Positions 34,355 to 44,253 are shown, counted from the first letter of the stretch. The stretch is 64,000 nt of DNA from Patescibacteria group bacterium (GCA_041651355.1 JBAZJK010000001.1:753489-817488); one strand, 5' to 3'. Made by a program: numbers and translations. Notes: generated by a model not told the origin, from the sequence alone.

Positions 34355-35785
34355 ATGACTCTATTAATAATTATCTTCGCCTGTCTTTTTTGTCTTCTTT
34401 GCCTGAAAAAGCTCAACTGGGCTCTTTTCTTTATGATAGCTACCCTGCCTAGCTACCTCATTCGCTTCAAAATTGGACCTATCCCCAGCACCTTACTAGA
34501 GGTAATGATCCTGATCTGTTTTGCGGTCTGGTTCTTTAAAGACAAACCATATAAACAATGGAGAAATAGAAATAACGACAAGCAGCAAAAAATTAATTAT
34601 CCTTTCCGCTGGGAAATCATATTAATATTAATCATTTCTTTCCTAGCTCTTATCCCCGCCTCTTTCTCTAGTGATGCCTTAGGAATAAGCAAGGCCTATT
34701 TTTTGGAAGCCATCTTAGTCTTTATTCTCATTATTAATGTATTTAAGGACGAAAGGAATTATCGCTCAATATTCTGGGCCCTCAGCCTATCAGCTTTCAG
34801 TGTTTCCCTTTGGGCGATTATCCAAAAAATAAGCGGACAATTCATCGCTAATCCCTTTTGGGCTAATCCACAAAATTTCCGAGCCGTTTCTTTTTATGGC
34901 TATCCTAACGCCATCGGCCTTTATTTGGGCCCGGTCATCATCATGCTTGCAGCCTTCCTAATTTCTTTGATAAAAGATGTTGATTTCAAAAAATCAAAAT
35001 TCCCTGAAATCAAGATATTTTTTTTAGGGCTCACCATTATAACATCCATAACGTCTATTATTTTGGCTCGTTCCGAAGGAGCTCTAGCAGCAGTATCAAT
35101 ATCAACTTTTGTCCTATTTATAATTTATGGCCGCCGAAGTCGCTATCTAGCCATCTCCCTGGCCCTCATATCGATAATATTGGTATCCTTTTTACCAAAT
35201 ACTAAAAACTACATTTTAGAAAAAGCTACACTAGAAAATCTTTCCGGCCGAATCAGGCAATTACAGTGGCAGGAAACCTATAACATGCTAAATGACGGCC
35301 ACTTCATATTAGGGGCTGGACTTAATCAATATCCGATAGCTATCAAGCCTTATCACCAAGAAGGTCTTTTCTTCAACCGCGATCATTTAGATAATTTCGA
35401 TCAAAGGCTCAGGGTCAGCGCCGAACTAAGGAATAAATACTGGCAGCCGGTCGAAATATATCAATATCCCCACAATATCTTTTTGAACTTTTGGAGCGAA
35501 ACTGGACTTCTTGGTGCCATATTGTTCTCATGGTTCATTATTAAATTCTTGATAACAAGCATCATCCAGGCAAAAAAATGGGGTCAAGCTAGCCAGAAAC
35601 CTGAAAAATTGATTGCACTCGGACTCTTTGGCGCGATGACAGTAATCACCCTTCATGGTCTCGTCGATGTACCTTATTTCAAAAATGATCTCGCCGTCCT
35701 ATTCTGGCTATTACCAGCGCTTTTAGGGATATTAATAATAAAAAATAATGAAAATAATCTTGCAAAAACTAATCGCCCAAACTAA
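34355..35785 (+). CDS. O-antigen ligase/polymerase (Wzy_C)-like polytopic membrane protein
   Basis: 476 aa with at least 10 TM helices and a central loop bearing a RSEGALAA-type motif, as in the O-antigen ligase family. This is a call by resemblance only. Confidence 0.5.
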   Translation: MTLLIIIFACLFCLLCLKKLNWALFFMIATLPSYLIRFKIGPIPSTLLEVMILICFAVWFFKDKPYKQWRNRNNDKQQKINYPFRWEIILILIISFLALIPASFSSDALGISKAYFLEAILVFILIINVFKDERNYRSIFWALSLSAFSVSLWAIIQKISGQFIANPFWANPQNFRAVSFYGYPNAIGLYLGPVIIMLAAFLISLIKDVDFKKSKFPEIKIFFLGLTIITSITSIILARSEGALAAVSISTFVLFIIYGRRSRYLAISLALISIILVSFLPNTKNYILEKATLENLSGRIRQLQWQETYNMLNDGHFILGAGLNQYPIAIKPYHQEGLFFNRDHLDNFDQRLRVSAELRNKYWQPVEIYQYPHNIFLNFWSETGLLGAILFSWFIIKFLITSIIQAKKWGQASQKPEKLIALGLFGAMTVITLHGLVDVPYFKNDLAVLFWLLPALLGILIIKNNENNLAKTNRPN

Positions 35786-36455
35786 CGACTATTCCCGCCG
35801 ACAGGCTGAGCAACTAATCAGGGATGGCCTAGTTGTCCTAAATGGGAAAACCGCTGTTTTGGGTGATAAAGCGGATGAAACTGATAAGATTAAGGTTGGC
35901 GGCCAAAACCTTAAGCTGGATGCAGCTAAAAAGGTTTATATCAAGTTAAACAAACCAGCTGGCTACACCTCAACCACTCGCGCATTTAAAGGAGAAAAAA
36001 ACATACTTTCTTTGGTTCAATTACCAATGCGCCTATTTAGTGTTGGCCGTTTAGACAAAGATAGCTCTGGCCTGATACTACTAACCAATGATGGAGACTT
36101 CGCCCTCCAGCTTAGCCACCCGCGCTTTCAAAAGGCTAAAATTTATGAAGTAAAAACCGCTCGCTCTGATAAAAGACCAGAAGAAATAATGTCAGCTCTT
36201 AAATCAGGAATCAATATAGGAGATGGGGACGGTAAAGTTAAGGTAAAACACGTTAAATATTTACAAAACCAAACATTTGTAATAACCTTAGGGGAAGGCA
36301 AAAAAAGACAAATCCGTCGCATGTTTCAAATGCTTAACATCAAGGTTATCAAGCTACACCGGACAGAAATTGCTAATATTAAACTGGGTAATTTAAAAAC
36401 TGGCCAATGGGAGTACCTGAAGCCAGAAGAAATAAAAATAACTAATAATAAATAA
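35748..36455 (+). CDS. Pseudouridine synthase, RsuA/RluB family
   Basis: S4 domain (RRQAEQLIRDGLVVLNG) and catalytic motif GRLDKDSSGLILLTNDG. Confidence 0.85.
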   Translation: MKIILQKLIAQTNDYSRRQAEQLIRDGLVVLNGKTAVLGDKADETDKIKVGGQNLKLDAAKKVYIKLNKPAGYTSTTRAFKGEKNILSLVQLPMRLFSVGRLDKDSSGLILLTNDGDFALQLSHPRFQKAKIYEVKTARSDKRPEEIMSALKSGINIGDGDGKVKVKHVKYLQNQTFVITLGEGKKRQIRRMFQMLNIKVIKLHRTEIANIKLGNLKTGQWEYLKPEEIKITNNK

Positions 36456-36456
36456 T

Positions 36457-36780
36457 ATGAAACAAGAAAACCTAAAATTATTTAAAAGAGCCGCCTTAAG
36501 CGCTCTGGGCGTGCTTGTCTATATCTTCCTGCTATCTTTGTTTATGAATAATGGCAATAAAATTTTCGGCGCTGAAGACAATAACATGTTAGCCCCGATC
36601 CTATTTTTAATGCTCTTTGTCTTTTCTGCCTTAGTGACTGGATTCCTTATCTTAGGCAAACCGATCATGATGTACCTGGACAATGAAAAAAAGTCAGCCC
36701 TTAAGTTACTATTCTATACCGGGGTCTGCTTGTTCGTGTTATTAATCATCACCGGCCTATTACTTTTCTTGCTGAAATAA
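36457..36780 (+). CDS. Small hypothetical membrane protein (3 TM helices)
   Basis: 107-aa hydrophobic ORF starting 1 nt after the preceding stop. Confidence 0.45.
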   Translation: MKQENLKLFKRAALSALGVLVYIFLLSLFMNNGNKIFGAEDNNMLAPILFLMLFVFSALVTGFLILGKPIMMYLDNEKKSALKLLFYTGVCLFVLLIITGLLLFLLK

Positions 36781-36788
36781 ATACACTA

Positions 36789-36875
36789 GGAAAGGTGCGA
36801 GAGTGGTTGAATCGGGCGCTCTCGAAAAGCGCTATGCCGGAAACGGCATCGAGGGTTCGAATCCCTCCCTTTCCG
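36789..36875 (+). tRNA. tRNA-Ser, anticodon CGA (long variable arm)
   Basis: Acceptor GGAAAGG/CCTTTCC, anticodon stem GCGCT/AGCGC, loop CTCGAAA, variable arm TGCCGGAAACGGCA. No CCA is encoded. Confidence 0.9.
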
Positions 36876-36932
36876 CGTTTACGTTTTTGCCAAATTGGCT
36901 TATTTTATGGATAAGACTATTTAATAAATAAT

Positions 36933-37211
36933 ATGAAAAATTTTGAAGCGCCAAATAATTACACACAATTTGAAGGTAAAAATTTAGAAGTTGATCCTGA
37001 AGGGTTTGTTCGCTTTGGTGATATAGCGAGATATTTTTTAAATCAACAATCCCAATACGCAAGTCGTTATATAGATGGTAAAATTGAAGGTTACCCTAAT
37101 CTTGGAGAGGGTTTAAGATTTAAAGGAGAAAGCTGGAATTATCATTCTGTTCAAATACACAAAGACGATATTGCTGAATTTATTAAAAGATATATAGAAC
37201 ATCAGAAATAG
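36933..37211 (+). CDS. Hypothetical protein (92 aa)
   Basis: AT-rich ORF between two tRNA genes. No family is recognised. Confidence 0.4.
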   Translation: MKNFEAPNNYTQFEGKNLEVDPEGFVRFGDIARYFLNQQSQYASRYIDGKIEGYPNLGEGLRFKGESWNYHSVQIHKDDIAEFIKRYIEHQK

Positions 37212-37297
37212 CCTCAATTTTTAAGCATTTCAGTTCTAACAACATCCACGACACTCCACAACATCGCGTTAGCACAAAATTGTTAATCAATAAAGTT

Positions 37298-37972
37298 ATG
37301 AAAAAATTATTAATGATTTCTTTTTTATTCTTAGGCCTGCTATTTTTATCAGCTTGTTCTAAAAATAATAATGAAGCTCAAGAATTAAACTCAATAAATA
37401 ATAATCCTGTAAATTCAATTTCGGAAATCAACAGAGATGTGGACAAAAATAATAACACCGAAGAGTTATTAAGCAGTGTTAGTAGTAATTGGCCGCTATT
37501 TAAAAACAATGATTATTTGTTTGAATTTAAATATCCTAATAATTCCTTAAGAACAGAAACTTTGTTAGGACAAAAAGTTATAATTCCTAAATGGAAAAAC
37601 GGAGCAGCGGTTAAAGAGGAAGTATTATCAGATAAATATTCATTAAAGATTAATTCTCAAAATGATGCTGTTGAAACTTACTATTTTAATATAATGGTTT
37701 ATCCTAACACAGACAAGAAATTTGAAGATGTTAGAAATAATGTCTTGTGCAAACCAGAAAATATCGATGTTGTCTGTGAGAATATTAAAATTGGTAATAT
37801 AGTAGACGCTTACAAGGTCACTGTTAACTCTACTCAAGCAGTGCCTGGTTCAGATTATTATTTTATTTATAAGGGTAACTATTATATTGTTCAGCACTCT
37901 ATTAAACCTACTCATGGTTCTAATGTTAATAATTTCGGCGAAGAAATTTTTAAAACTTTGTCTTTATTGTAA
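37298..37972 (+). CDS. Putative lipoprotein
   Basis: The ATG at 37298 gives MKKLLMISFLFLGLLFLSAC with a lipobox (LSAC). The protein is Asn-rich and the gene AT-rich. Confidence 0.55.
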   Translation: MKKLLMISFLFLGLLFLSACSKNNNEAQELNSINNNPVNSISEINRDVDKNNNTEELLSSVSSNWPLFKNNDYLFEFKYPNNSLRTETLLGQKVIIPKWKNGAAVKEEVLSDKYSLKINSQNDAVETYYFNIMVYPNTDKKFEDVRNNVLCKPENIDVVCENIKIGNIVDAYKVTVNSTQAVPGSDYYFIYKGNYYIVQHSIKPTHGSNVNNFGEEIFKTLSLL

Positions 37973-38010
37973 TTAAACCCTAACAGCGGCGACAACGCTT
38001 CAATTAAATT

Positions 38011-38082
38011 GCCTCTATAGTTCAACGGATAGAACGTGAGCTTCCGGAGCTTAAGATGGGGGTTCGATTCCCTCTAGAGGCG
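38011..38082 (+). tRNA. tRNA-Arg, anticodon CCG
   Basis: Acceptor GCCTCTA/TAGAGGC, anticodon loop TTCCGGA, T-loop TTCGATT. No CCA is encoded. Confidence 0.85.
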
Positions 38083-38162
38083 CAGATTAAACCGGTTGAC
38101 TAATCCTGATTAATCGTCTTAAATATATTATCGACCTTTTAAAACCCAGTATTAACCTAATA

Positions 38163-39188
38163 ATGAACACGATGGCAAAAATTCCTGCACTCCTGCAAGC
38201 CGATCCTTTAATCCAACATTTTCAGGGACTCGGCATCCCCCTTGTTGGACAGGGCAAAGTCCGAAACACTTTTCGCATCAGCCAAGAGCTTCTCTTAGCT
38301 GAAGCTACGGACAGAATCAGTATTTTCGATTTCGTCTTAAATGGCCTTATCCCTAAAAAGGGGGAAGTCCTAACCGCTCTAACCCATTTCTGGGGTAATA
38401 CCTTTGATTGCTTTCCTCACCACTTGATCAAAAGTGAGTTTGATCCCTTATACAACGGCGCCTACGATTTGAAGAAAAAATATCCAAGCATTCCCCTGGA
38501 AAGATGCCTACTGGTTAAAGATCTGACCGGAGAGCTGGATGGCTATGAATTAATCTTCCGCATGCATATCGGCGGGTCAGTGTACTCGGTTTATATCAAA
38601 ACCGGCATCGTGGCCGGCCAAAAGACAACTCCTGGCCTGCCGGAATGGTCAAAGCTGAAAATAGCAGTCTTCACGCCATCAACCAAAGCAGAAACTGGCC
38701 ATGATATCAATGTGGACGCTAAGACATACTTCGATGCCAACGGCCGCAAAGGCAGAGAGTTTATCAAAATGCTCAGAGACTTCTATGCTGCCGCTTATCA
38801 GTATGCTAAAAGACAGGGCATTCTCATCCTGGACACAAAATTTGAAGGCTCTTCATCTTTAAACATTATCGGAGATGAATTTTTAACGCCAGACTCTTCC
38901 CGCTTCTGCGATGTTAACGACTGGAAAAAAGCCATGAAAACCGGGAGCAAGCCAAAATTCATGGACAAACAATTTGTCCGCAACTGGGGAATGAAAATCG
39001 AAACCCCCTTTGGTTTTACCGGAATCAACAACCTGGATCCAGAGAACAAAGAACATGTGGATTTTGTCCACTCCCTGGATATACCAGCCGAAATCATCGA
39101 CCAGACCAGCGAAAAATACCTGGAGATATTTTACCGCTTAACCGGGATGAAACTTGCTGACTATCAAAAAGAAATGATGGGGGCATAA
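38163..39188 (+). CDS. purC: Phosphoribosylaminoimidazole-succinocarboxamide (SAICAR) synthase, long Ade1-like form
   Basis: GKVRNTF..LLLAEATDRISIFDFVLNGLIPKKGEVLTALTHFW and ILILDTKFE..IIGDEFLTPDSSRF match the yeast Ade1 motifs GKVRDIY..ATDRISAYDV..IPEKG and ADTKFEFG..DEVLTPDSSRF. Confidence 0.82.
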   Translation: MNTMAKIPALLQADPLIQHFQGLGIPLVGQGKVRNTFRISQELLLAEATDRISIFDFVLNGLIPKKGEVLTALTHFWGNTFDCFPHHLIKSEFDPLYNGAYDLKKKYPSIPLERCLLVKDLTGELDGYELIFRMHIGGSVYSVYIKTGIVAGQKTTPGLPEWSKLKIAVFTPSTKAETGHDINVDAKTYFDANGRKGREFIKMLRDFYAAAYQYAKRQGILILDTKFEGSSSLNIIGDEFLTPDSSRFCDVNDWKKAMKTGSKPKFMDKQFVRNWGMKIETPFGFTGINNLDPENKEHVDFVHSLDIPAEIIDQTSEKYLEIFYRLTGMKLADYQKEMMGA

Positions 39189-39330
39189 GAACTCCTGACA
39201 ATACAAACAAAGCTGTCTTTAAATAGGTGGCTTTTTTAATATACAAATAAATTGACAAAAAGCCTTAATTTGATAAGCTAATAAGTCAATTAGCACCTTA
39301 AACAACCAAATAATCACCAAACTTTAAACC

Positions 39331-40773
39331 ATGAAAAATCTGATCCTGCCGGGCAATCCCCGCTACCAACCTAAACAGATGCAAGACATCTTTGGCTATG
39401 ACAACCTATACCGCATGCCAATCGCTGTTGAGCTGGCGACAATGAAAGTTCTCCATGACCTTGGAATTATTCCGGACGAAGAATATGCCGCCCTGAATCA
39501 ACAAATCGAGGAAGAAATTAAGAGCGTCACTACCAGCGAAGTAGATGAAATCGAAAGCAACGTCACCCATCACGATGTGAGGGCCCTGGTGATGATCATC
39601 CAGAGCCTTATCAATGAAAAATTGAAACGCTGGGTACACGTACCGCTGACCAGCTACGATCCCTTGGATACCGGCCGGTCTTTACAGTTTTTAATGGCCT
39701 ATCGCCAGGTAATAAAACCAAGCATATATGAAACGGCTGGCTATTTGATGGAAATGACCGAAAGATATGCTAACACCTTACAAATTGGCCGCACTCACGG
39801 TCAACATGCTCTGCCGGTAACCGTTGGCTTCTGGTTAGCCAATATTTTGGACCGCCTGCTCAACAACTGGATAGAAATGGACAGATATGCTCACGCGCTG
39901 GTCGGAAAAATTTCTGGAGCAGTTGGAGCCTATAACGCCCAAATAGCCCTCGGACTCACCGGGACTAAGTTAGGGAAAAAGAGTCTTGAAAGCTTAGTCC
40001 TGAAAGAGTTGGGTTTAAAACCGGCCAGGATCAGCACGCAAATACTGCCGCCCGAGCCTTTGGCCTACTTTCTATTCAGCTGTACCATGACTTCGGCCAC
40101 TTTAGGCCAATTCGGTCGCGACTGTCGTCATTTGATGCGGAGCGAAATCGCTGAAGTGGCTGAATCATTTGAAGCCCACCAAGTCGGCTCATCGACTATG
40201 GCCCATAAGCGCAACCCGATTACCTTTGAAAACTTGGAAGGCACCTGGCTCAAAACCAAATGTGAATTTAACAAAGTGTTCGAGATTTTAATCAGCGAAC
40301 ACCAACGCGATTTGGTTGGCAGTTCGATCTTAAGGGACCTCCCTATCATCGTCATCAATCTCCAGCAGCAATTAAATACGCTGAATAAAAAAAATAAAGC
40401 CGGGGTACCTTTCTTGAAAAGGATAAGCATCGATGAAACTAACTGCCGCCGCAACTTCCAACAAAACGCTGGCTACATCCTGGCCGAGCCGATATACTTG
40501 GCCCTGCAAATGCATGGCTATGAAAAAGATGCCCATAAACTGGTTAATGAAGTTTTAATGAAAATCGCCAAAGAGAAAAAGATCAATCTCTTTGAAGCTT
40601 TACAGCTTCAAGCCCGGGAAGATGCCGAAATCGCTGGTATACTTTCTGCCTTTTCTCCTGATATGCAGGCCGCTTTTCAGACGCCAGAAAAATACACCGG
40701 TCTGGCTACAGAAAAAGCTATAGATGTTGTAGGCAGGACCCAGGATGTCATGAAACTTATGGAAATATCTTAA
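39331..40773 (+). CDS. purB: Adenylosuccinate lyase (fumarate-lyase superfamily)
   Basis: 480 aa with the signature loop GSSTMAHKRNP. Confidence 0.85.
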   Translation: MKNLILPGNPRYQPKQMQDIFGYDNLYRMPIAVELATMKVLHDLGIIPDEEYAALNQQIEEEIKSVTTSEVDEIESNVTHHDVRALVMIIQSLINEKLKRWVHVPLTSYDPLDTGRSLQFLMAYRQVIKPSIYETAGYLMEMTERYANTLQIGRTHGQHALPVTVGFWLANILDRLLNNWIEMDRYAHALVGKISGAVGAYNAQIALGLTGTKLGKKSLESLVLKELGLKPARISTQILPPEPLAYFLFSCTMTSATLGQFGRDCRHLMRSEIAEVAESFEAHQVGSSTMAHKRNPITFENLEGTWLKTKCEFNKVFEILISEHQRDLVGSSILRDLPIIVINLQQQLNTLNKKNKAGVPFLKRISIDETNCRRNFQQNAGYILAEPIYLALQMHGYEKDAHKLVNEVLMKIAKEKKINLFEALQLQAREDAEIAGILSAFSPDMQAAFQTPEKYTGLATEKAIDVVGRTQDVMKLMEIS

Positions 40774-40794
40774 AAAATAAGTATTTCCTGATAA

Positions 40795-40823
40795 AAAATA
40801 ACCGCCCCAAAAAGGCGGTTTTT
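40795..40823. terminator. Bidirectional intrinsic terminator
   Basis: Stem AACCGCC/GGCGGTT flanked by A and T runs. Confidence 0.65.
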
Positions 40824-40837
40824 AGTTTTACTCTGAC

Positions 40838-41623
40838 CTATTTTATAATCTTTGACTTATTCCAAATGAAATCAAACCAACTTTTAAGCATGACTACTAA
40901 GGGACCGCTTTCAATAAGAGAACCAAATAAACCGTCTTCCAAAGAATAAAAGGCGACCTTATCATCCCAGAGTATAATATTAGATTTCAAACGGATTAAG
41001 CCCTCGGGACGCAAGCGTAATTCCCGGAAATATTTAGAGTCTTCGCCTCTTTCATGGCCGCCTCTTTTAAGTCCAGGCCTTAAAGATCTTATAAATATAC
41101 CCTTGGCGACTCTTCGCTGCTGGTAATCCATAAGGAATTCCTGTCCCAATTTTTCAAGCATATCTAATTCTGAACCAGCAAAACGTAATTCCTTATCCAC
41201 GCTCTGAAGAGAAAGCCTAATCAGCTTTTTCAAACTCTCTTGACCCTGAAAATAAGAAAGCTGAGAATGGCTGGAAGATGGAAAGGAGCTTAAGCTTTCA
41301 AAAGCTGGCAATAACTCATGTAACTCATTTTTAAGAACAGAAATCTCTTTAGCTCTATCATTAAGAATCTCCAAAATTTCTTCAGCCTTATTAGCCTTAA
41401 TCTTGCGACCATATTCTGTCCCCTGACTAAAACAGAGCCCACGTTTTTCCAGGCTTTTAACTACATCGTAAGCATTAGTTCGCACCAAACCGCAAGTTTG
41501 CGCGATACGGCTAACTGTTTGCGGGCCAGAACTGAGTAAAAATAAATAAACTCTTTCCTCTTTATCATTAAAACCGGACTTTTTTAAAAATTCTTTAATT
41601 TTACTAGGGATTTCGAGTTTCAT
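40838..41623 (-). CDS. TrmB-family transcriptional regulator
   Basis: The ATG at 41623 is preferred. An N-terminal winged helix-turn-helix (ERVYLFLLSSGPQTVSRIAQTCGLVRTNAYDVVKSLEKRGL), a coiled coil and a C-terminal effector-like domain are present. Confidence 0.7.
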   Translation of the reverse strand: MKLEIPSKIKEFLKKSGFNDKEERVYLFLLSSGPQTVSRIAQTCGLVRTNAYDVVKSLEKRGLCFSQGTEYGRKIKANKAEEILEILNDRAKEISVLKNELHELLPAFESLSSFPSSSHSQLSYFQGQESLKKLIRLSLQSVDKELRFAGSELDMLEKLGQEFLMDYQQRRVAKGIFIRSLRPGLKRGGHERGEDSKYFRELRLRPEGLIRLKSNIILWDDKVAFYSLEDGLFGSLIESGPLVVMLKSWFDFIWNKSKIIK

Positions 41624-41713
41624 ATTAGCTTTGTTGTCGAATGTTATACGACATATATACATGTTAACGCTTTTGCTTTTAAATAGCAATATCATTCTTT
41701 AAAAACCTAAATC

Positions 41714-42043
41714 ATGGGAACAAAAACCGAAAAACTAAATTATTTAGTAGAAACTAAATTCAAGAGTCGGGGTGAAGAACACTATTTCTTTTGTAGCAAA
41801 TGCGGCTCTAAACTGCACGCCGGCATTTATCGCACTCTATTCTGCCCCCAGTGCCGTAGCTCGGAAAACCCCGAACAACTGATCGAATGGGAAATGTCTT
41901 GCTGTCATTGTCGGCAAGCTGCCGTTATCATGCTTACCTCAGATGGACGCCGCGTTTGTCGCTGCGACAACCCTAGCTGTGGCGATTTATTCTCCATGCA
42001 GGATTTAACAGGAATTGGATTAGAAGCGCCTATCGGCGGCTAA
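41714..42043 (+). CDS. Cys-rich multi-zinc-ribbon hypothetical protein
   Basis: 109 aa with CSKCGS..CPQCRS..CCHCRQ..CRCDNPSCG. It is divergent from the TrmB-like gene. Confidence 0.5.
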   Translation: MGTKTEKLNYLVETKFKSRGEEHYFFCSKCGSKLHAGIYRTLFCPQCRSSENPEQLIEWEMSCCHCRQAAVIMLTSDGRRVCRCDNPSCGDLFSMQDLTGIGLEAPIGG

Positions 42044-42061
42044 ATCTAAAATCCCAAATCT

Positions 42062-42093
42062 AAAAAACCGCCCCAACTAATGAGGCGGTTTTT
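42062..42093. terminator. Bidirectional intrinsic terminator
   Basis: Stem AAAAACCGCC/GGCGGTTTTT with an 11-nt loop. Confidence 0.6.
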
Positions 42094-42099
42094 AAAATG

Positions 42100-42173
42100 C
42101 GGAACGGACGGGACTCGAACCCGCGACCTCTGCCGTGACAGGGCAGCGTTCTAACCAACTGAACTACCGTTCC
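42100..42173 (-). tRNA. tRNA-Asp, anticodon GUC
   Basis: In the reverse complement: acceptor GGAACGG/CCGTTCC, anticodon stem CTGCC/GGCAG, loop CTGTCAC. No CCA is encoded. Confidence 0.9.
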
Positions 42174-42309
42174 TTTAAAAAAATGACTATTTGCTAAGTC
42201 AACAAAAAAAGCATAGCAAATAGATTCAGACTTGTCAAAAACGTATTTTTACCCTATAATGAATACATAAAATGATGAATTTTTATATATTTTGAGTTTT
42301 TCCAAAACT

Positions 42310-42702
42310 ATGTCAAATGAAATTAAGGTAGATGAAAAGACAATCAAGGAAATCGAAAAAAACCTGCTTCAGGAGAAAAAGCAGATTTTAGATGATTTAC
42401 AAGATTTATCTAAAAAAGATAACCATGACGCTGATAATATGGCAGCTAAATTCCCAGAATATGGGGATAAGCCGGATGAAAATGCCCAAGAAATAACAGA
42501 CTATTCGACCGCGGTTGTTACTGAAAAAGTATTAGAAAAGAGTCTAGAGGACATCAATAAGACCCTAGAGCGCATCAATAAGGGAACTTATGGGATCTGT
42601 CGTTATTGCCAGAAGCCAATCAACCCTAAAAGGCTTATGGCTAGACCAACAGCCAACTCTTGTATTGATTGTAAAACAAAGCTTCAAGAAGAAAATGAAT
42701 AA
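42310..42702 (+). CDS. DksA/TraR-family C4 zinc-finger protein
   Basis: A coiled-coil N-terminus is followed by CRYCQKPINPKRLMARPTANSCIDC. The ATG at 42310 is preferred to the TTG at 42292. Confidence 0.75.
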   Translation: MSNEIKVDEKTIKEIEKNLLQEKKQILDDLQDLSKKDNHDADNMAAKFPEYGDKPDENAQEITDYSTAVVTEKVLEKSLEDINKTLERINKGTYGICRYCQKPINPKRLMARPTANSCIDCKTKLQEENE

Positions 42703-43171
42703 GCTTTCTAAAAAAACTATTAAAAATATAGCCATAATAATCATGATGGCTATATTTTTTATACTTGACAGATGTCTTAAGTATTTAGCTCTTCAAACAA
42801 TATCAGGCCAACCGATGGGGCTCATTGGTTCATTCCTCCAATTTTCTTTCTCAAAGAACTATTTTATTGCCTTCTCTTTACCCCTGGCTGGCCTGGCTTT
42901 AAACATCTTGATAGCGCTTATTATTATAAGCTTACTTTCTTATATATTTTATCTAATAATAAATAAAAAGGCGCCAAAAAGCCTTATTCTTCCCTTGACA
43001 CTTATTTTATTTGGTGCTATAAGTAATTTTACTGATCGTTTCATCTTTGGCTATGTTATCGACTACTTCGATTGCCGATATTTTACCGTCTTTAACATCG
43101 CCGATATAATGATCAGTCTAGGCGTCGCTTATATTCTATTAGAATCATGGAAAAATAAAAAATATGTTTAG
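42695..43171 (+). CDS. lspA: Lipoprotein signal peptidase (signal peptidase II)
   Basis: The ATG at 42695 overlaps the dksA-like stop. Four TM helices are present, with C-terminal motif FTDRFIFGYVIDYF..FNIADIMISLGV. Confidence 0.8.
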   Translation: MNKLSKKTIKNIAIIIMMAIFFILDRCLKYLALQTISGQPMGLIGSFLQFSFSKNYFIAFSLPLAGLALNILIALIIISLLSYIFYLIINKKAPKSLILPLTLILFGAISNFTDRFIFGYVIDYFDCRYFTVFNIADIMISLGVAYILLESWKNKKYV

Positions 43172-43826
43172 CTATGACTCGCTAGAAAAATCTATCAATA
43201 AAATAGATAATAGCGGCACCTTACTGGAGTTCGAATGTTTTTCCGGCATCAATCAGAATAAATATGGTACCGCCTTTATCCCTTTAGCCCACCCCGAAGA
43301 ATTCACCGCTGATAAAAAAGAAAAAGACGAGATGGCTGAATATTTCCGCAGGAAAAACCTAGTTGATAAATACCATAACGAAATATATAAATTCGACACC
43401 TACTTGCCCTATGACAAGGCGATTGAACTAGTTAAGGACTGTCAACCATTTAATCCGGAAAGTCCGAGCCCAGATTTTGCCAAGAAACTACATGCCGCCA
43501 TTGAGTCATACATAAAAATAGGAGATGGATTATCTTTAAAATTCTTTACAGCCGTTAATTCCCATCTTGACTATTTCCACGGGGTCGACGCTTTCTTTGA
43601 AATTAGCGATCAATCTGATAATATAGCCGCCAGGACCACGATTGACATTAAAAAATATAACCCAGAGAAGGCCATTAAAGCCGATCTACTAATGGTGGTC
43701 ACGGAAACAGAAAAAGAAGCGTACGAGAAGGATGACCAAGCATACCAAGACAGAATAAACCAGGAAGCGAGAAAAATTGCTGTCAAACTCCTGGATAATT
43801 TTACCAAAAGAGCTAAAAAAAATTAA
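43164..43826 (+). CDS. Hypothetical protein (220 aa)
   Basis: Soluble ORF overlapping the lspA stop by 8 nt. No family is recognised. Confidence 0.5.
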   Translation: MFSYDSLEKSINKIDNSGTLLEFECFSGINQNKYGTAFIPLAHPEEFTADKKEKDEMAEYFRRKNLVDKYHNEIYKFDTYLPYDKAIELVKDCQPFNPESPSPDFAKKLHAAIESYIKIGDGLSLKFFTAVNSHLDYFHGVDAFFEISDQSDNIAARTTIDIKKYNPEKAIKADLLMVVTETEKEAYEKDDQAYQDRINQEARKIAVKLLDNFTKRAKKN

Positions 43827-43860
43827 TCAATAAAACATTTTTCTTTAAAAAAACTAAGCA

Positions 43861-44148
43861 GTGAAAAACCTAATCGGAGAGATTACCAAGAAACGTCTCG
43901 GCTTCTATCGTGTCGATGAGACAGCCCTAAAGAAACCCTTTGAATGGCCGCGAGCGGTATCCAGAAATTTCTGCACCAGCTGCGGCACCTTAACGGAAAT
44001 TGGCCCTGATTATGCCAAACTTCTGCTCAAATATGCGCCTGAGCCCCGTCCTAACATTGAAGAGTTAAAAGACTTCTATTTAGAGAGTAACGGTTGCGGC
44101 GCTTGTAAAAAAAGAAGTACACAAACCAACATTAAGCCTATCTTATGA
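43861..44148 (+). CDS. Hypothetical Cys-containing protein (95 aa, GTG start)
   Basis: Contains CTSCG...CGACKK pairs. The coding call is weak. Confidence 0.4.
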   Translation: MKNLIGEITKKRLGFYRVDETALKKPFEWPRAVSRNFCTSCGTLTEIGPDYAKLLLKYAPEPRPNIEELKDFYLESNGCGACKKRSTQTNIKPIL

Positions 44149-44218
44149 AAGGCAAGGAGCTAAAAACTCCTTTTTTTATTTAAAATTAAGTAAAATATAC
44201 AATGAATATTTAACTTAC

Positions 44219-44247
44219 TTGACATATATTTTATTTAATGATATATC
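44219..44247 (+). promoter_or_regulatory. Sigma70-type promoter implying a leaderless mRNA
   Basis: TTGACA (44219-44224), 17-nt spacer, TGaTATATC (-10 at 44242-44247). The ATG at 44254 lies 7 nt after the -10 element. Confidence 0.45.
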
Positions 44248-44253
44248 TTCTTT

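Noticed and set aside
36832-37062. 76-aa minus-strand ORF
   Set aside because: It overlaps the 3' half of tRNA-Ser and the start of a plus-strand ORF, so it is judged spurious.
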